This document shows, in pieces, positions 41,601-54,400 of a DNA stretch of 64,000 nt; positions within the stretch are counted from its first letter, which is position 1, and each line of letters starts with the position of its first letter. A model generated the notes under the pieces. That model ran no database searches. It had not been told where the DNA came from and was given only the letters and a program-made list of their open reading frames with translations. The DNA is taken from NCBI GenBank assembly GCA_964016885.1, contig OZ024740.1, positions 251,348,001 through 251,412,000 on the forward strand, given 5' to 3'. The position numbers and the translations under genes are program-made. Source of the DNA: Eledone cirrhosa (Eukaryota).

Positions 41601-44600
41601 TTATCTCCCCCTGATTTTTTTTACAAATTATCTACCCCTGATTTTTTTTACAAATTATCTCTCCCTGATTTTTTTTACAAATTATCTCCCTCTGATTTTT
41701 TTTTACAAATTATCTCCCCCTGATTTTTTTTTTACAAATTATCTCCCCCTGATTTTTTTACAAATTATCTCCCCCTGATTTTTTTTACAATCTCCGCCTG
41801 ATTTTTTAAAAAATTATCTTCCCTTGGCTGGCGGGAAATTATCTCCCCTTGGACGGCTGGAAATTATCTCCCCTTGGACGGCTAGAAATTATCTCTCTTT
41901 GGACGGCTGGAAATTATCTCCCCTTGATTTTTTTTACAAATTATCTCCCCCTGATTTTTTTTACAAATTATCCCCGCATGATTTAAAAAAAAAAAATTAT
42001 CTCCCCTTCGCTGGCTGGAAATTATCTCCCCTTGGACGCTGGAAATTATAGCCCCTTGGAGGGCTGGAAATTATCTTCCCTTGGACGGCTGGAAATTATC
42101 TCCCCTTGATTTTTTTTACAAATTATCTCCCCCTGATTTTTTTTTACAAATTATCTCCCCCTGATTTTTTTTTACAAATTATCTCCCCCTGATTTTTTTT
42201 TTACAAATTATCTCCGCTTGATTTTTTAAAAAAAATTATCTCCCCTTGGACGGCTGGAAATTATCTCCCCTTGGACGGCTGGAAATTATCTCCCCTTGGA
42301 CGGCTAGAAATTATCTCTCCTTGGACGGCTGAAAATTATCTCCCCCTGATTTTTTTACAAATTATCTCCCCCTGATTTTTTTTACAAATTATCTCCCCCT
42401 GATTTTTTTTACAAATTATCTCCCCTTGATTTTTTTTTACAAATTATCTCCCCCTGATTTTTTTTTTACAAATTATCTCCCCCTGATTTTTTTTAAAATT
42501 ATCTTCCCTTGGCTGGCGGGAAATTATCTCCCCTTGGACGGCTGAAAATTATCTCCCATTGGACGGCTGCAAATTATCTCCCCTTGATTTTTTTTACAAA
42601 TTATCTCCCCCTGATTTTTTTTACAAATTATCTCCCCCTGATTTTTTTTACAAATTATCTCCCCCTGATTTTTTTTACAAATTATCTCCCCCTGATTTTT
42701 AAAAAAAAAATTATCTCCTCTTCGCTGGCTGGAAATTATCTCCCCTTGGACGCTGGAAATTATAGCCCCTTGGAGGGCTGGAAATTATCTTCCCTTGGAC
42801 GGCTGGAAATTATCTTCCCTTGGACGGCTGGAAATTATCTCCCCTTGATTTTTTTTACAAATTATCTCCCCCTGATTTTTTTTACAAATTATCTCCCCTG
42901 ATTTTTTTTTACAAATTATCTCCCCCTGATTTTTTTTTACAAATTATCTCCCCCTGATTTTTTTTACAAATTATCTCCCCCTGATTTTTTTACAAATTAT
43001 CTCCCCTTGGCTGGCTGGAAATTATCTCCCCTTGGAGGCAGGAATTTATCTCCCCTTGGACGGCTAGAAATTACCTCTCCTTGGACGGCTGGAAAATATG
43101 TCTCCTTGGACGGCTGGAAATTATCTCCACTTGGACGGCTGGAAATTATCTCCCCTTGGACGGCTGGAAATTATCTCCCCTTGGACGGCTAGAAATTACC
43201 TCTCCTTGGACGGCTGAAAATTATCTCCCCTTGGACGGCTGGGAATTATCTCCCCTTGATTTTTTTACAAATTATCTCACCCTGATTTTTTTTTACAAAT
43301 TATCTCCCCCTGATTTTTTTTACAAATTATCTCCCCCTGATTTTTTTTACAAATTATCTCCCCCTGATTTTTTTTACAAATTATCTCCGCCTGATTTTTT
43401 TAAATATTATCTCTCCTTGGCTGGCGGGAAATTATCTCCCCTTGGACGGCTGGAAATTATCTCCCCTTGGAAGGATGGAAATTATCTCCCCTTGGACGGC
43501 TGGAAATTATCTCCCCTTGCACGGCTGGAAATTATCTCCCCTTGGCTGGAAATTATCTCCCCTTGGACGGCTAGAAATTATCTCTCTTTGGACGGCTGGA
43601 AATTATGTCCCTTTGATTTTTTTTACAAATTATCTACCTCTGATATTTTTTACAAATCTCCCCCTGATTTTTTAAAAAAAATTATCTCCCCTTCGCTGGC
43701 TGGAAATTATCTCCCCTTGGACACTGGAAATTATAGCCCCTTGGAGGGCTGGAAATTATCTTCCCTTGGACGGCTGGAAATTATCTCCCCTTGATTGTTT
43801 TTACAAATTATCTCCGCCTGATTTTTTTTAAAAATTATCTCTCCTTGGACGGCTGGAAATTATCTCCCCTTGATTTTTTTTACAAATTATCTCCCCCTGA
43901 TTTTTTTTTACAAATTATCTCCCCCTAATTTTTTTTTACAAATTATCTACCCCTGATTTTTTTTACAAATTATCTCCCCCTGATTTTTTTTACAAATTAT
44001 CTCCCCCTGATTTTTCTTTTACAAATTATCTCCCCCTGATTTTTTTACAAATTATCTCCCCCTGATTTTTTTTACAAATTATCTCCGCCTGATTTTTTTA
44101 AATATTATCTTCCCTTGGCTGGCGGGAAATTATCTCCCCTTGGACGGCTGGAAATTATCTGCCCTTGATTTTGTTTTTACAAATTATCTTCCACTGATTT
44201 TTTTTACAAATTATCTCCACCTGATTTTTTAAAAAAATTATCTCCCCTTGGAAGGCTGGAAATTATCTCCCCTTGGACGGCTAGAAATTATCTCTCTTTG
44301 GACGGCTGGAAATTATCTCCCCTTGATTTTTTTTACAAATTATCTCCCCCTGATTTTTTTTACAAATATCCCAGTGATTTTTTTTAAAAAATTATCTCCC
44401 CTTCGCTGGCTGGAAATTATCTCCCCTTGGATGCTGGAAATTATAGCCCCTTGGAGGGCTGGAAATTATCTTCCCTTGGACGGCTGGAAATTATCTCCCC
44501 TTGATTTTTTTTACAAATTATCTCCCCCTGATTTTTTTTTTCAAATTATCTCCCCCTGATTTTTTTTTACAAATTTTCTCCCCCTGATTTTTTTTTACAA

Positions 44601-45420
44601 CTTATCTCCGCCTGATTTTTTTTAAAAAATCATCTCCCCTTGGACGGCTGGAAATTATCTCCCCTTGGACGGCTGGAAATTATCTCTCCTTGGACGGCTA
44701 GAAATTACCTCTCCTTGGACAATTGAAAATTATCTCCCCTTGGACGGCTGGAAATTATCTCCCCTTGATTTTTTTTACAAATTATCTCCCCCTGATTTTT
44801 TTTACAAATTATCTCCCCTGATTTTTTTTTACAAATTATCTCCCCCTGATTTTTTTTTACAAATTATCTCCCCCTGATTTTTTTTACAAATTATCTCCCC
44901 CTGATTTTTTTACAAATTATCTCCCCTTGGCTGGCTGGAAATTATCTCCCCTTGGAGGCAGGAATTTATCTCCCCTTGGACGGGTAGAAATTACCTCTCC
45001 TTGGACGGCTGGAAAATATGTCTCCTTGGACGGCTGGAAATTATCTCCCCTTGGACGGCTGGAAATTATCTCCCCTTGGACGGCTGGAAATTATCTCCCC
45101 TTGGACGGCTAGAAATTACTTCTCCTTGGACGGCTGAAAATTATCTCCCCTTGGACGGCTGGAAATTATCTCCCCTTGATTTTTTTACAAATTATCTCCC
45201 CCTGATTTTTTTTTACAAATTATCTCCCCCTGATTTTTTTTACAAATTATCTCCCCCTGATTTTTTTTACAAATTATCTCCCCCTGATTTTTTTTACAAA
45301 TTATCTCCGCCTGATTTTTTTAAATATTATCTCTCCTTGGCTGGCGGGAAATTATCTCCCCTTGGACGGCTGCAAATTATCTCCGCTTGATTTTTTTTAC
45401 AAATTATCTCCCCCTGATTT
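38608..45420 (+). repeat. Non-adjacent ~2-kb segment duplicated at ~4,840-bp offset (38.6-40.6 kb vs 43.4-45.4 kb)
   Basis: ORF offsets are 39409/44248, 39825/44665 and 40087/44927. Shared variants: GGACAATTG, GGAGGCAGG and AAATATCCCAGTG. Confidence 0.8.
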
Positions 45421-48400
45421 TTTTTTAAAAATTATCTCCCCTTGATTTTTTTTACAAATTATCTCTCCTGATTTTTTTTTACAAATTATCTCCCCCTGAT
45501 TTTTTTTTACAAATTATCTCCCCCTGATTTTTTTTTTACAAATTATCTCCCCCTGATTTTTTTACAAATTATCTCCCCCTGATTTTTTTTACAATCTCCG
45601 CTTGATTTTTTTAAAAATTATCTTCCCTTGGCTGGCGGGAAATTATCTCCCCTTGGACGGCTGGAAATTATCTCCCCTTGGAAGGATGGAAATTATCTCC
45701 CCTTGGACGGCTGGAAATTATCTCCCCTTGCACGGCTGGAAATTATCTCCCCTTGGCTGGAAATTATCTCCCCTTGGACGGCTAGAAATTATCTCTCTTT
45801 GGATGGCTGGAAATTATCTCCCTTTGATTTTTTTACAAATTATCTCCCTCTGATTTTTTTTACAAATCTCGCCCTGATTTTTTTTTACAAATTATCTCCC
45901 CCTGATTTTTTTACAAACTATCTCCCCCTGATTTTTTTACAAATTATCTCCCCTTGGCTGGCTGGAAATTATCTCCCCTTGGAGGCTGGAATTTATCTCC
46001 CATTGGACGGCTAGAAATTACCTCTACTTGGACGGCTGGAAAATATGTCTCCTTGGACGGCTGGAAATTATCTCCCCTTGGACGGCTGGAAATTACCTCT
46101 CCTTGGACGGCTGAAAATTATCTCCCCTTGGACGGCTGGAAATTATCTCCCCTTGATTTTTTTACAAATTATCTCCCCCTGATTTTTTTTTTACAAATTA
46201 TCTCCCCCTGATTTTTTTTACAAATTATCTACGCCTGATTTTTTTAAATATTATCTCTCCTTGGCTGGCGGGAAATTATCTCCCCTTGGACGGCTGGAAA
46301 TTATCTCCCCTTGGAAGGATGGAAATTATCTCCCCTTGGACGGCTGGAAATTATCTCCCCTTGCACTGCTGGAAATTATCTCCCCTTGGACGGCTGGAAA
46401 TTATCTGCCCTTGATTTTGTTTTTACAAATTATCTTCCCCTGATTATTTTTACAAATTATCTCCACCTGATTTTTAAAAAAATTATCTACCCTTGGACGG
46501 CTGGAAATTATCTCCCCTTGGCTGGAAATTATCTCCCCTTGGACGGCTAGAAATTATCTCTCTTTGGACGGCTGGAAATTATCTCCCCTTGATTTTTTTT
46601 ACAAATTATCTCCCCCTGATTTTTTTTACAAATTATCCCCCCATGATTTTTAAAAAAAAAATTATCTCCCCTTCGCTGGCTGGAAATTATCTCCCCTTGG
46701 ACGCTGGAAATTATAGCCCCTTGGAGGGCTGGAAATTATCTTCCCTTGGACGGCTGGAAATTATCTCCCCTTGATTTTTTTTACAAATTATCTCCCCCTG
46801 ATTTTTTTTTACAAATTATCTCCCCCTGATTTTTTTTTTACAAATTATCTCCGCCTGATTTTTTTAAAAAAATTATCTCCCCTTGGACGGCTGGAAATTA
46901 TCTCCCCTTGGACGGCTGGAAATTATCTCCCGTTGGACGGCTAGAAATTACCTCTCCTTGGACGGCTGAAAATTATCTCCCCTTGGACGGCTGCAAATTA
47001 TCTCCCCTTGATTTTTTTTACAAATTATCCCCCCATGATTTAAAAAAAAAAAATTATCTCCCCTTCGCTGGCTGGAAATTATCTCCCCTTGGACGCTGGA
47101 AATTATAGCCCCTTGGAGGGCTGGAAATTATCTTCCCTTGGACGGCTGGAAATTATCTCCCCTTGATTTTTTTTACAAATTATCTCCCTCTGATTTTTTT
47201 TTACAAATTATCTACCACTGATTTTTTTTTACAAATTATCTCCCCCTGATTTTTTTTTTACAAATTATCTCCGCGTGATTTTTTTTAAAAAATTATCTCC
47301 CCTTGGACGGCTGGAAATTATCTCCCCTTGGACGGCTGGAAATTATCTCGCCTTGGACGGCTAGAAATTACCTCTCCTTGGACGGCTGAAAATTATCTCC
47401 CCTTGGACGGCTGCAAATTATCTCCCCTTGATTTTTTTTACAAATTATCTCCCCCTGATTTTTTTTACAAATTATCTCCCCCTGATTTTTTTTACAAATT
47501 ATCTCCCCCTGATTTTTTTTTACAAATTATCTCCCCCTGATTTTTTTTACAAATTATCTCCCCCTGATTTTTTTTACAAATTATCTCCCCCTGATTTTTT
47601 TTTACAAATTATCTCCCCCTGATTTTTTTTACAATCTCCGCCTGATTTTTTAAAAAATTATCTTCCCTTGGCTGGCGGGAAATTATCTCCCCTTGAACGG
47701 CTGGAAATTATCTCCCCTTGGACGGCTAGAAATTATCTCTCTTTGGACGGCTGGAAATTATCTCCCCTTGATTTTTTTTACAAATTATCTCCCCCTGATT
47801 TTTTTTACAAATTATCCCCGCATGATTTTTAAAAAAAAAATTATCTCCCCTTCGCTGGCTGGAAATTATCTCCCCTTGGACGCTGGAAATTATAGCCCCT
47901 TGGAGGGCTGGAAATTATCTTCCCTTGGACGGCTGGAAATTATCTCCCCTTAATTTTTTTTACAAATTATCTCCCCCTGATTTTTTTTTACAAATTATCT
48001 CCCCCTGATTTTTTTTTACAAATTATCTCCCCCTGATTTTTTTTTTTACAAATTATCTCCGCCTGATTTTTAAAAAAAAATTATCTCCCCTTGGACGGCT
48101 GGAAATTATCTCCCCTTGGACGGCTGGAAATTATCTCCCCTTGGACGGCTAGAAATTACCTCTCCTTGGACGGCTGAAAATTATCTCCCCTTGGACGGCT
48201 GCAAATTATCTCCCCTTGATTTTTTTTACAAATTATCTCCCCCTGATTTTTTTTACAAATTATCTCCCCCTGATTTTTTTTACAAATTATCTCCCCCTGA
48301 TTTTTTTTTACAAATTATCTCCCCCTGATTTTTTTTTACAAATTATCTCCCCCTGATTTTTTTTACAAATTATCTCCCCCTGATTTTTTTTACAACTTAT

Positions 48401-51400
48401 CTCCCCCTGATTTTTTTTTACAAATTATCTCCCCTTGATTTTTTTTTACAAATTATCTCCCCCTGATTTTTTTTTTACAAATTATCTCCCCCTGATTTTT
48501 TTACAAATTATCTCCCCCTGATTTTTTTTACAAATTATCTCCCCCTGATTTTTTTTACAAATTATCTCCCCTTGATTTTTTTTTTACAAATTATCTCCCC
48601 TTGATTTTTTTTTACAAATTATCTCCCCCTGATTTTTTTTTTACAAATTATCTCCCCCTGATTTTTTTTAAAATTATCTTCCCTTGGCTGGCGGGAAATT
48701 ATCTCCCCTTGGACGGCTGGAAATTATCTCCCCTTGGAAGGATGTAAATTATCTCCCCTTGGACGGCTGGAAATTATCTCCCCTTGCACGGCTGGAAATT
48801 ATCTCCCCTTGATTTTTTTTACAAATTATCTCCCCCTGATTTTTTTTTACAAATTATCTCCCCCTGATTTTTTTTTACAAATTATCTCCCCCTGATTTTT
48901 TTTACAAATTATCTCCCCCTGATTTTAAAAAAAAAAATTATCTCCCCTTCGCTGGCTGGAAATTATCTCCCCTTGGACGCTGGAAATTATAGCCCCTTGG
49001 AGGGCTGGAAATTATCTTCCCTTGGACGGCTGGAAATTATCTTCCCTTGGACGGCTGGAAATTATCTCCCCTTGATTTTTTTTACAAATTATCTCCCCCT
49101 GATTTTTTTTTACAAATTATCTCCCTCTGATTTTTTTTTACAAATTATCTCCCCCTGATTTTTTTTTTACAAATTATCTCCCCCTGATTTTTTTACAAAT
49201 TATCTCCCCCTGATTTTTTTTACAATCTCCGCCTGATTTTTTAAAAAATTATCTTCCCTTGGCTGGCGGGAAATTATCTCCCCTTGGACGGCTGGAAATT
49301 ATCTCCCCTTGGACGGCTAGAAATTATCTCTCTTTGGACGGCTGGAAATTATCTCCCCTTGATTTTTTTTACAACTTATCTCCGCCTGATTTTTTTTAAA
49401 AAATCATCTCCCCTTGGACGGCTGGAAATTATCTCCCCTTGGACGGCTGGTATTATCTCTCCTTGGACGGCTAGAAATTACCTCTCCTTGGATAATTGAA
49501 AATTATCTCCCCTTGGACGGCTGGAAATTATCTCCCCTTGATTTTTTTTACAAATTATCTCCCACTGATTTTTTTTACAAATTATCTCCCCTGATTTTTT
49601 TTTACAAATTATCTCCCCCTGATTTTTTTTTACAAATTATCTCCCCCTGATTTTTTTTACAAATTATCTCCCCCTGATTTTTTTACAAATTATCTCCCCT
49701 TGGCTGGCTGGAAATTATCTCCCCTTGGAGGCAGGAATTTATCTCCCCTTGGACGGCTAGAAATTACCTCTCCTTGGACGGCTGGAAAATATGTCTCCTT
49801 GGACGGCTGGAAATTATCTCCCCTTGGACGGCTGGAAATTATCTCCCCTTGGACGGCTGGAAATTATCTCCCCTTGGACGGCTAGAAATTACCTCTCCTT
49901 GGACGGCTGAAAATTATCTCCCCTTGGACGGCTGGAAATTATCTCCCCCTGATTTTTTTTACAAATTATCTCCCCCTGATTTTTTTTACAAATTATCTCC
50001 GCCTGATTTTTTTAAATATTATCTCTCCTTGGCTGGCGGGAAATTATCTCCCCTTGGACGGCTGCAAATTATCTCCGCTTGATTTTTTTTACAAATTATC
50101 TTCCCCTGATTTTTTTTTACAAATTATCTCCCCCTGATTTTTTTTACAAATTATCTCCCCTGATTTTTTTTTACAAATTATCTCCCCCTGATTTTTTTTT
50201 ACAAATTATCTCCCCCTGATTTTTTTTTACAAATTATCTCCCCCTGATTTTTTTACAAATTATCTCCCCCTGATTTTTTTTACAATCTCCGCCTGATTTT
50301 TTTAAAAATTATCTTCCCTTGGCTGGCGGGAAATTATCTCCCCTTGGACGGCTGGAAATTATCTCCCCTTGGAAGGATGGAAATTATCTCCCCTTGGACG
50401 GCTGGAAATTATCTCCCCTTGCACGGCTGGAAATTATCTCCCCTTGGCTGGAAATTATCTCCCCTTGGACGGCTAGAAATTATCTCTCTTTGGATGGCTG
50501 GAAATTATCTCCCTTTGATTTTTTTTACAAATTATCTCCCTCTGATTTTTTTTACAAATCTCCCCCTGATTTTTTTTTACAAATTATCTCCCCCTGATTT
50601 TTTTTACAAACTATCGCCCCTGATTTTTTTACAAATTATCTCCCCTTGGCTGGCTGGAAATTATCTCCCCTTGGAGGCTGGAATTTATCTCCCCTTGGAC
50701 GGCTGGAAATTACCTCTCCTTGGACGGCTGAAAATTATCTCCCCTTGGACGGCTGGAAATTATCTCCCCTTGATTTTTTTACAAATTATCTCCCCCTGAT
50801 TTTTTTTTTACAAATTATCTCCCCCTGATTTTTTTTACAAATTATCTACGCCTGATTTTTTTAAATATTATCTCTCCTTGGCTGGCGGGAAATTATCTCC
50901 CCTTGGAAGGATGGAAATTATCTCCCCTTGGACGGCTGGAAATTATCTCCCCTTGCACTGCTGGAAATTATCTCCCCTTGGACGGCTGGAAATTATCTGC
51001 CCTTGATTTTGTTTTTACAAATTATCTTCCCCTGATTATTTTTACAAATTATCTCCACCTGATTTTTTAAAAAATTATCTCCCCTTGGACGGCTGGAAAT
51101 TATCTCCCCTTGGCTGGAAATTATCTCCCCTTGGACGGCTAGAAATTATCTCTCTTTGGACGGCTGGAAATTATCTCCCCTTGATTTTTTTTACAAATTA
51201 TCTCCCCCTGATTTTTTTTACAAATTATCTCCCCATGATTTTTAAAAAAAAAATTATCTCCCCTTCGCTGGCTGGAAATTATCTCCCCTTGGACGCTGGA
51301 AATTATAGCCCCTTGGAGGGCTGGAAATTATCTTCCCTTGGACGGCTGGAAATTATCTCCCCTTGATTTTTTTTACAAATTATCTCCCCCTGATTTTTTT

Positions 51401-54400
51401 TTACAAATTATCTCCCCCTGATTTTTTTTTTACAAATTATCTCCGCCTGATTTTTTTAAAAAAATTATCTCCCCTTGGACGGCTGGAAATTATCTCCCCT
51501 TGGACGGCTGGAAATTATCTCCCCTTGGACGGCTAGAAATTACCTCTCCTTGGACGGCTGAAAATTATCTCCCCTTGGACGGCTGCAAATTATCTCCCCT
51601 TGATTTTTTTTACAAATTATCCCCCCATGATTTTTAAAAAAAAAATTATCTCCCCTTCGCTGGCTGGAAATTATCTCCCCTTGGACGCTGGAAATTATAG
51701 CCCCTTGGAGGGCTGGAAATTATCTTCCCTTGGACGGCTGGAAATTATCTCCCCTTGATTTTTTTTACAAATTATCTCCCCCTGATTTTTTTTTACAAAT
51801 TATCTCCCACTGATTTTTTTTTACAAATTATCTCCTCCTGATTTTTTTTTTACAAATTATCTCCGCCTGATTTTTTAAAAAAAATTATCTCCCCTTGGAC
51901 GGCTGGAAATTATCTCCCCTTGGACGGCTGGAAATTATCTCCCCTTGGACGGCTAGAAATTACCTCTCCTTGGACGGCTGAAAATTATCTCCCCTTGGAC
52001 GGCTGCAAATTATCTCCCCTTGATTTTTTTTACAAATTATCTCCCCCTGATTTTTTTTACAAATTATCTCCCCCTGATTTTTTTTACAAATTATCTCCCC
52101 CTGATTTTTTTTTACAAATTATCTCCCCCTGATTTTTTTTTACAAATTATCTCCCCCTGATTTTTTTTACAAATTATCTCCCCCTGATTTTTTTTACAAA
52201 TTATCTCCCCCTGATTTTTTTTACAATCTCCGCCTGATTTTTTAAAAAATTATCTTCCCTTGGCTGGCGGGAAATTATCTCCCCTTGGACGGCTGGAAAT
52301 TATCTCCCCTTGGACGGCTAGAAATTATCTCTCTTTGGACGGCTGGAAATTATCTCCCCTTGATTTTTTTTACAAATTATCTCCCCCTGATTTTTTTTAC
52401 AAATTATCCCCGCATGATTTTTAAAAAAAAAATTATCTCCCCTTCGCTGGCTGGAAATTATCTCCCCTTGGACGCTGGAAATTATAGCCCCTTGGAGGGC
52501 TGGAAATTATCTTCCCTTGGACGGCTGGAAATTATCTCCCCTTGATTTTTTTTACAAATTATCTCCCCCTGATTTTTTTTTACAAATTATCTCCCCCTGA
52601 TTTTTTTTTACAAATTATCTCCCCCTGATTTTTTTTTTTACAAATTATCTCCGCCTGATTTTTAAAAAAAAATTATCTCCCCTTGGACGGCTGGAAATTA
52701 TCTCCCCTTGGACGGCTGGAAATTATCTCCCCTTGGACGGCTAGAAATTACCTCTCCTTGGACGGCTGAAAATTATCTCCCCTTGGACGGCTGCAAATTA
52801 TCTCCCCTTGATTTTTTTTACAAATTATCTCCCCCTGATTTTTTTTACAAATTATCTCCCCCTGATTTTTTTTACAAATTATCTCCCCCTGATTTTTTTT
52901 TACAAATTATCTCCCCCTGATTTTTTTTTACAAATTATCTCCCCCTGATTTTTTTTACAAATTATCTCCCCCTGATTTTTTTTACAAATTATCTCCCCCG
53001 GATTTTTTTTAATAAATTATCTCCCCTTGATTTTTTTTTACAAATTATCTCCGCCTGATTTTTTTTTTACAAATTATCTTCCCCTGATTTTTTTACAAAT
53101 TATCTCCCCCTGATTTTTTTTACAAATTATCTCCGCCTGATTTTTTTTTTACAAATTATCTTCCCCTGATTTTTTTAAAAATTATCTTCCCTTGGCTGGC
53201 GGGAAATTATCTCCCCTTGGACGGCTGGAAATTATCTCCCCTTGGAAGGATGGAAATTATCTCCCCTTGGACGGCTGGAAATTATCTCCCCTTGCACGGC
53301 TGGAAATTATCTCCCCTTGGCTGGAAATTATCTCCCCTTGGACGGCTAGAAATTATCTCTCTTTGGATGGCTGGAAATTATCTCCCTTTGATTTTTTTTA
53401 CAAATTATCTCCCTCTGATTTTTTTTACAAATCTCCCCCTGATTTTTTTTTACAAATTATCTCCCCCTGATTTTTTTTACAAACTATCGCCCCTGATTTT
53501 TTTACAAATTATCTCCCCTTGGCTGGCTGGAAATTATCTCCCCTTGGAGGCTGGAATTTATCTCCCCTTGGACGGCTAGAAATTACCTCTCCTTGGACGG
53601 CTGGAAAATATGTCTCCTTGGACGGCTGGAAATTATCTCCCCTTGGACGGCTGGAAATTACCTCTCCTTGGACGGCTGAAAATTATCTCCCCTTGGACGG
53701 CTGGAAATTATCTCCCCTTGATTTTTTTACAAATTATCTCCCCCTGATTTTTTTTACAATCTCCGCCTGATTTTTTAAAAAATTATCTTCCCTTGGCTGG
53801 CGGGAAATTATCTCCCCTTGGACGGCTGGAAATTATCTCCCCTTGGACGGCTAGAAATTATCTCTCTTTGGACGGCTGGAAATTATCTCCCCTTGATTTT
53901 TTTTACAAATTATCTCCCCCTGATTTTTTTTACAAATTATCCCCGCATGATTTTTAAAAAAAAAATTATCTCCCCTTCGCTGGCTGGAAATTATCTCCCC
54001 TTGGACGCTGGAAATTATAGCCCCTTGGAGGGCTGGAAATTATCTTCCCTTGGACGGCTGGAAATTATCTCCCCTTGATTTTTTTTACAAATTATCTCCC
54101 CCTGATTTTTTTTTACAAATTATCTCCCCCTGATTTTTTTTTTTACAAATTATCTCCGCCTGATTTTTAAAAAAAAATTATCTCCCCTTGGACGGCTGGA
54201 AATTATCTCCCCTTGGACGGCTGGAAATTATCTCCCCTTGGACGGCTAGAAATTACCTCTCCTTGGACGGCTGAAAATTATCTCCCATTGGACGGCTGCA
54301 AATTATCTCCCCTTGATTTTTTTTACAAATTATCTCCCGCTGATTTTTTTTACAAATTATCTCCCCCTGATTTTTTTTACAAATTATCTCCCCCTGATTT

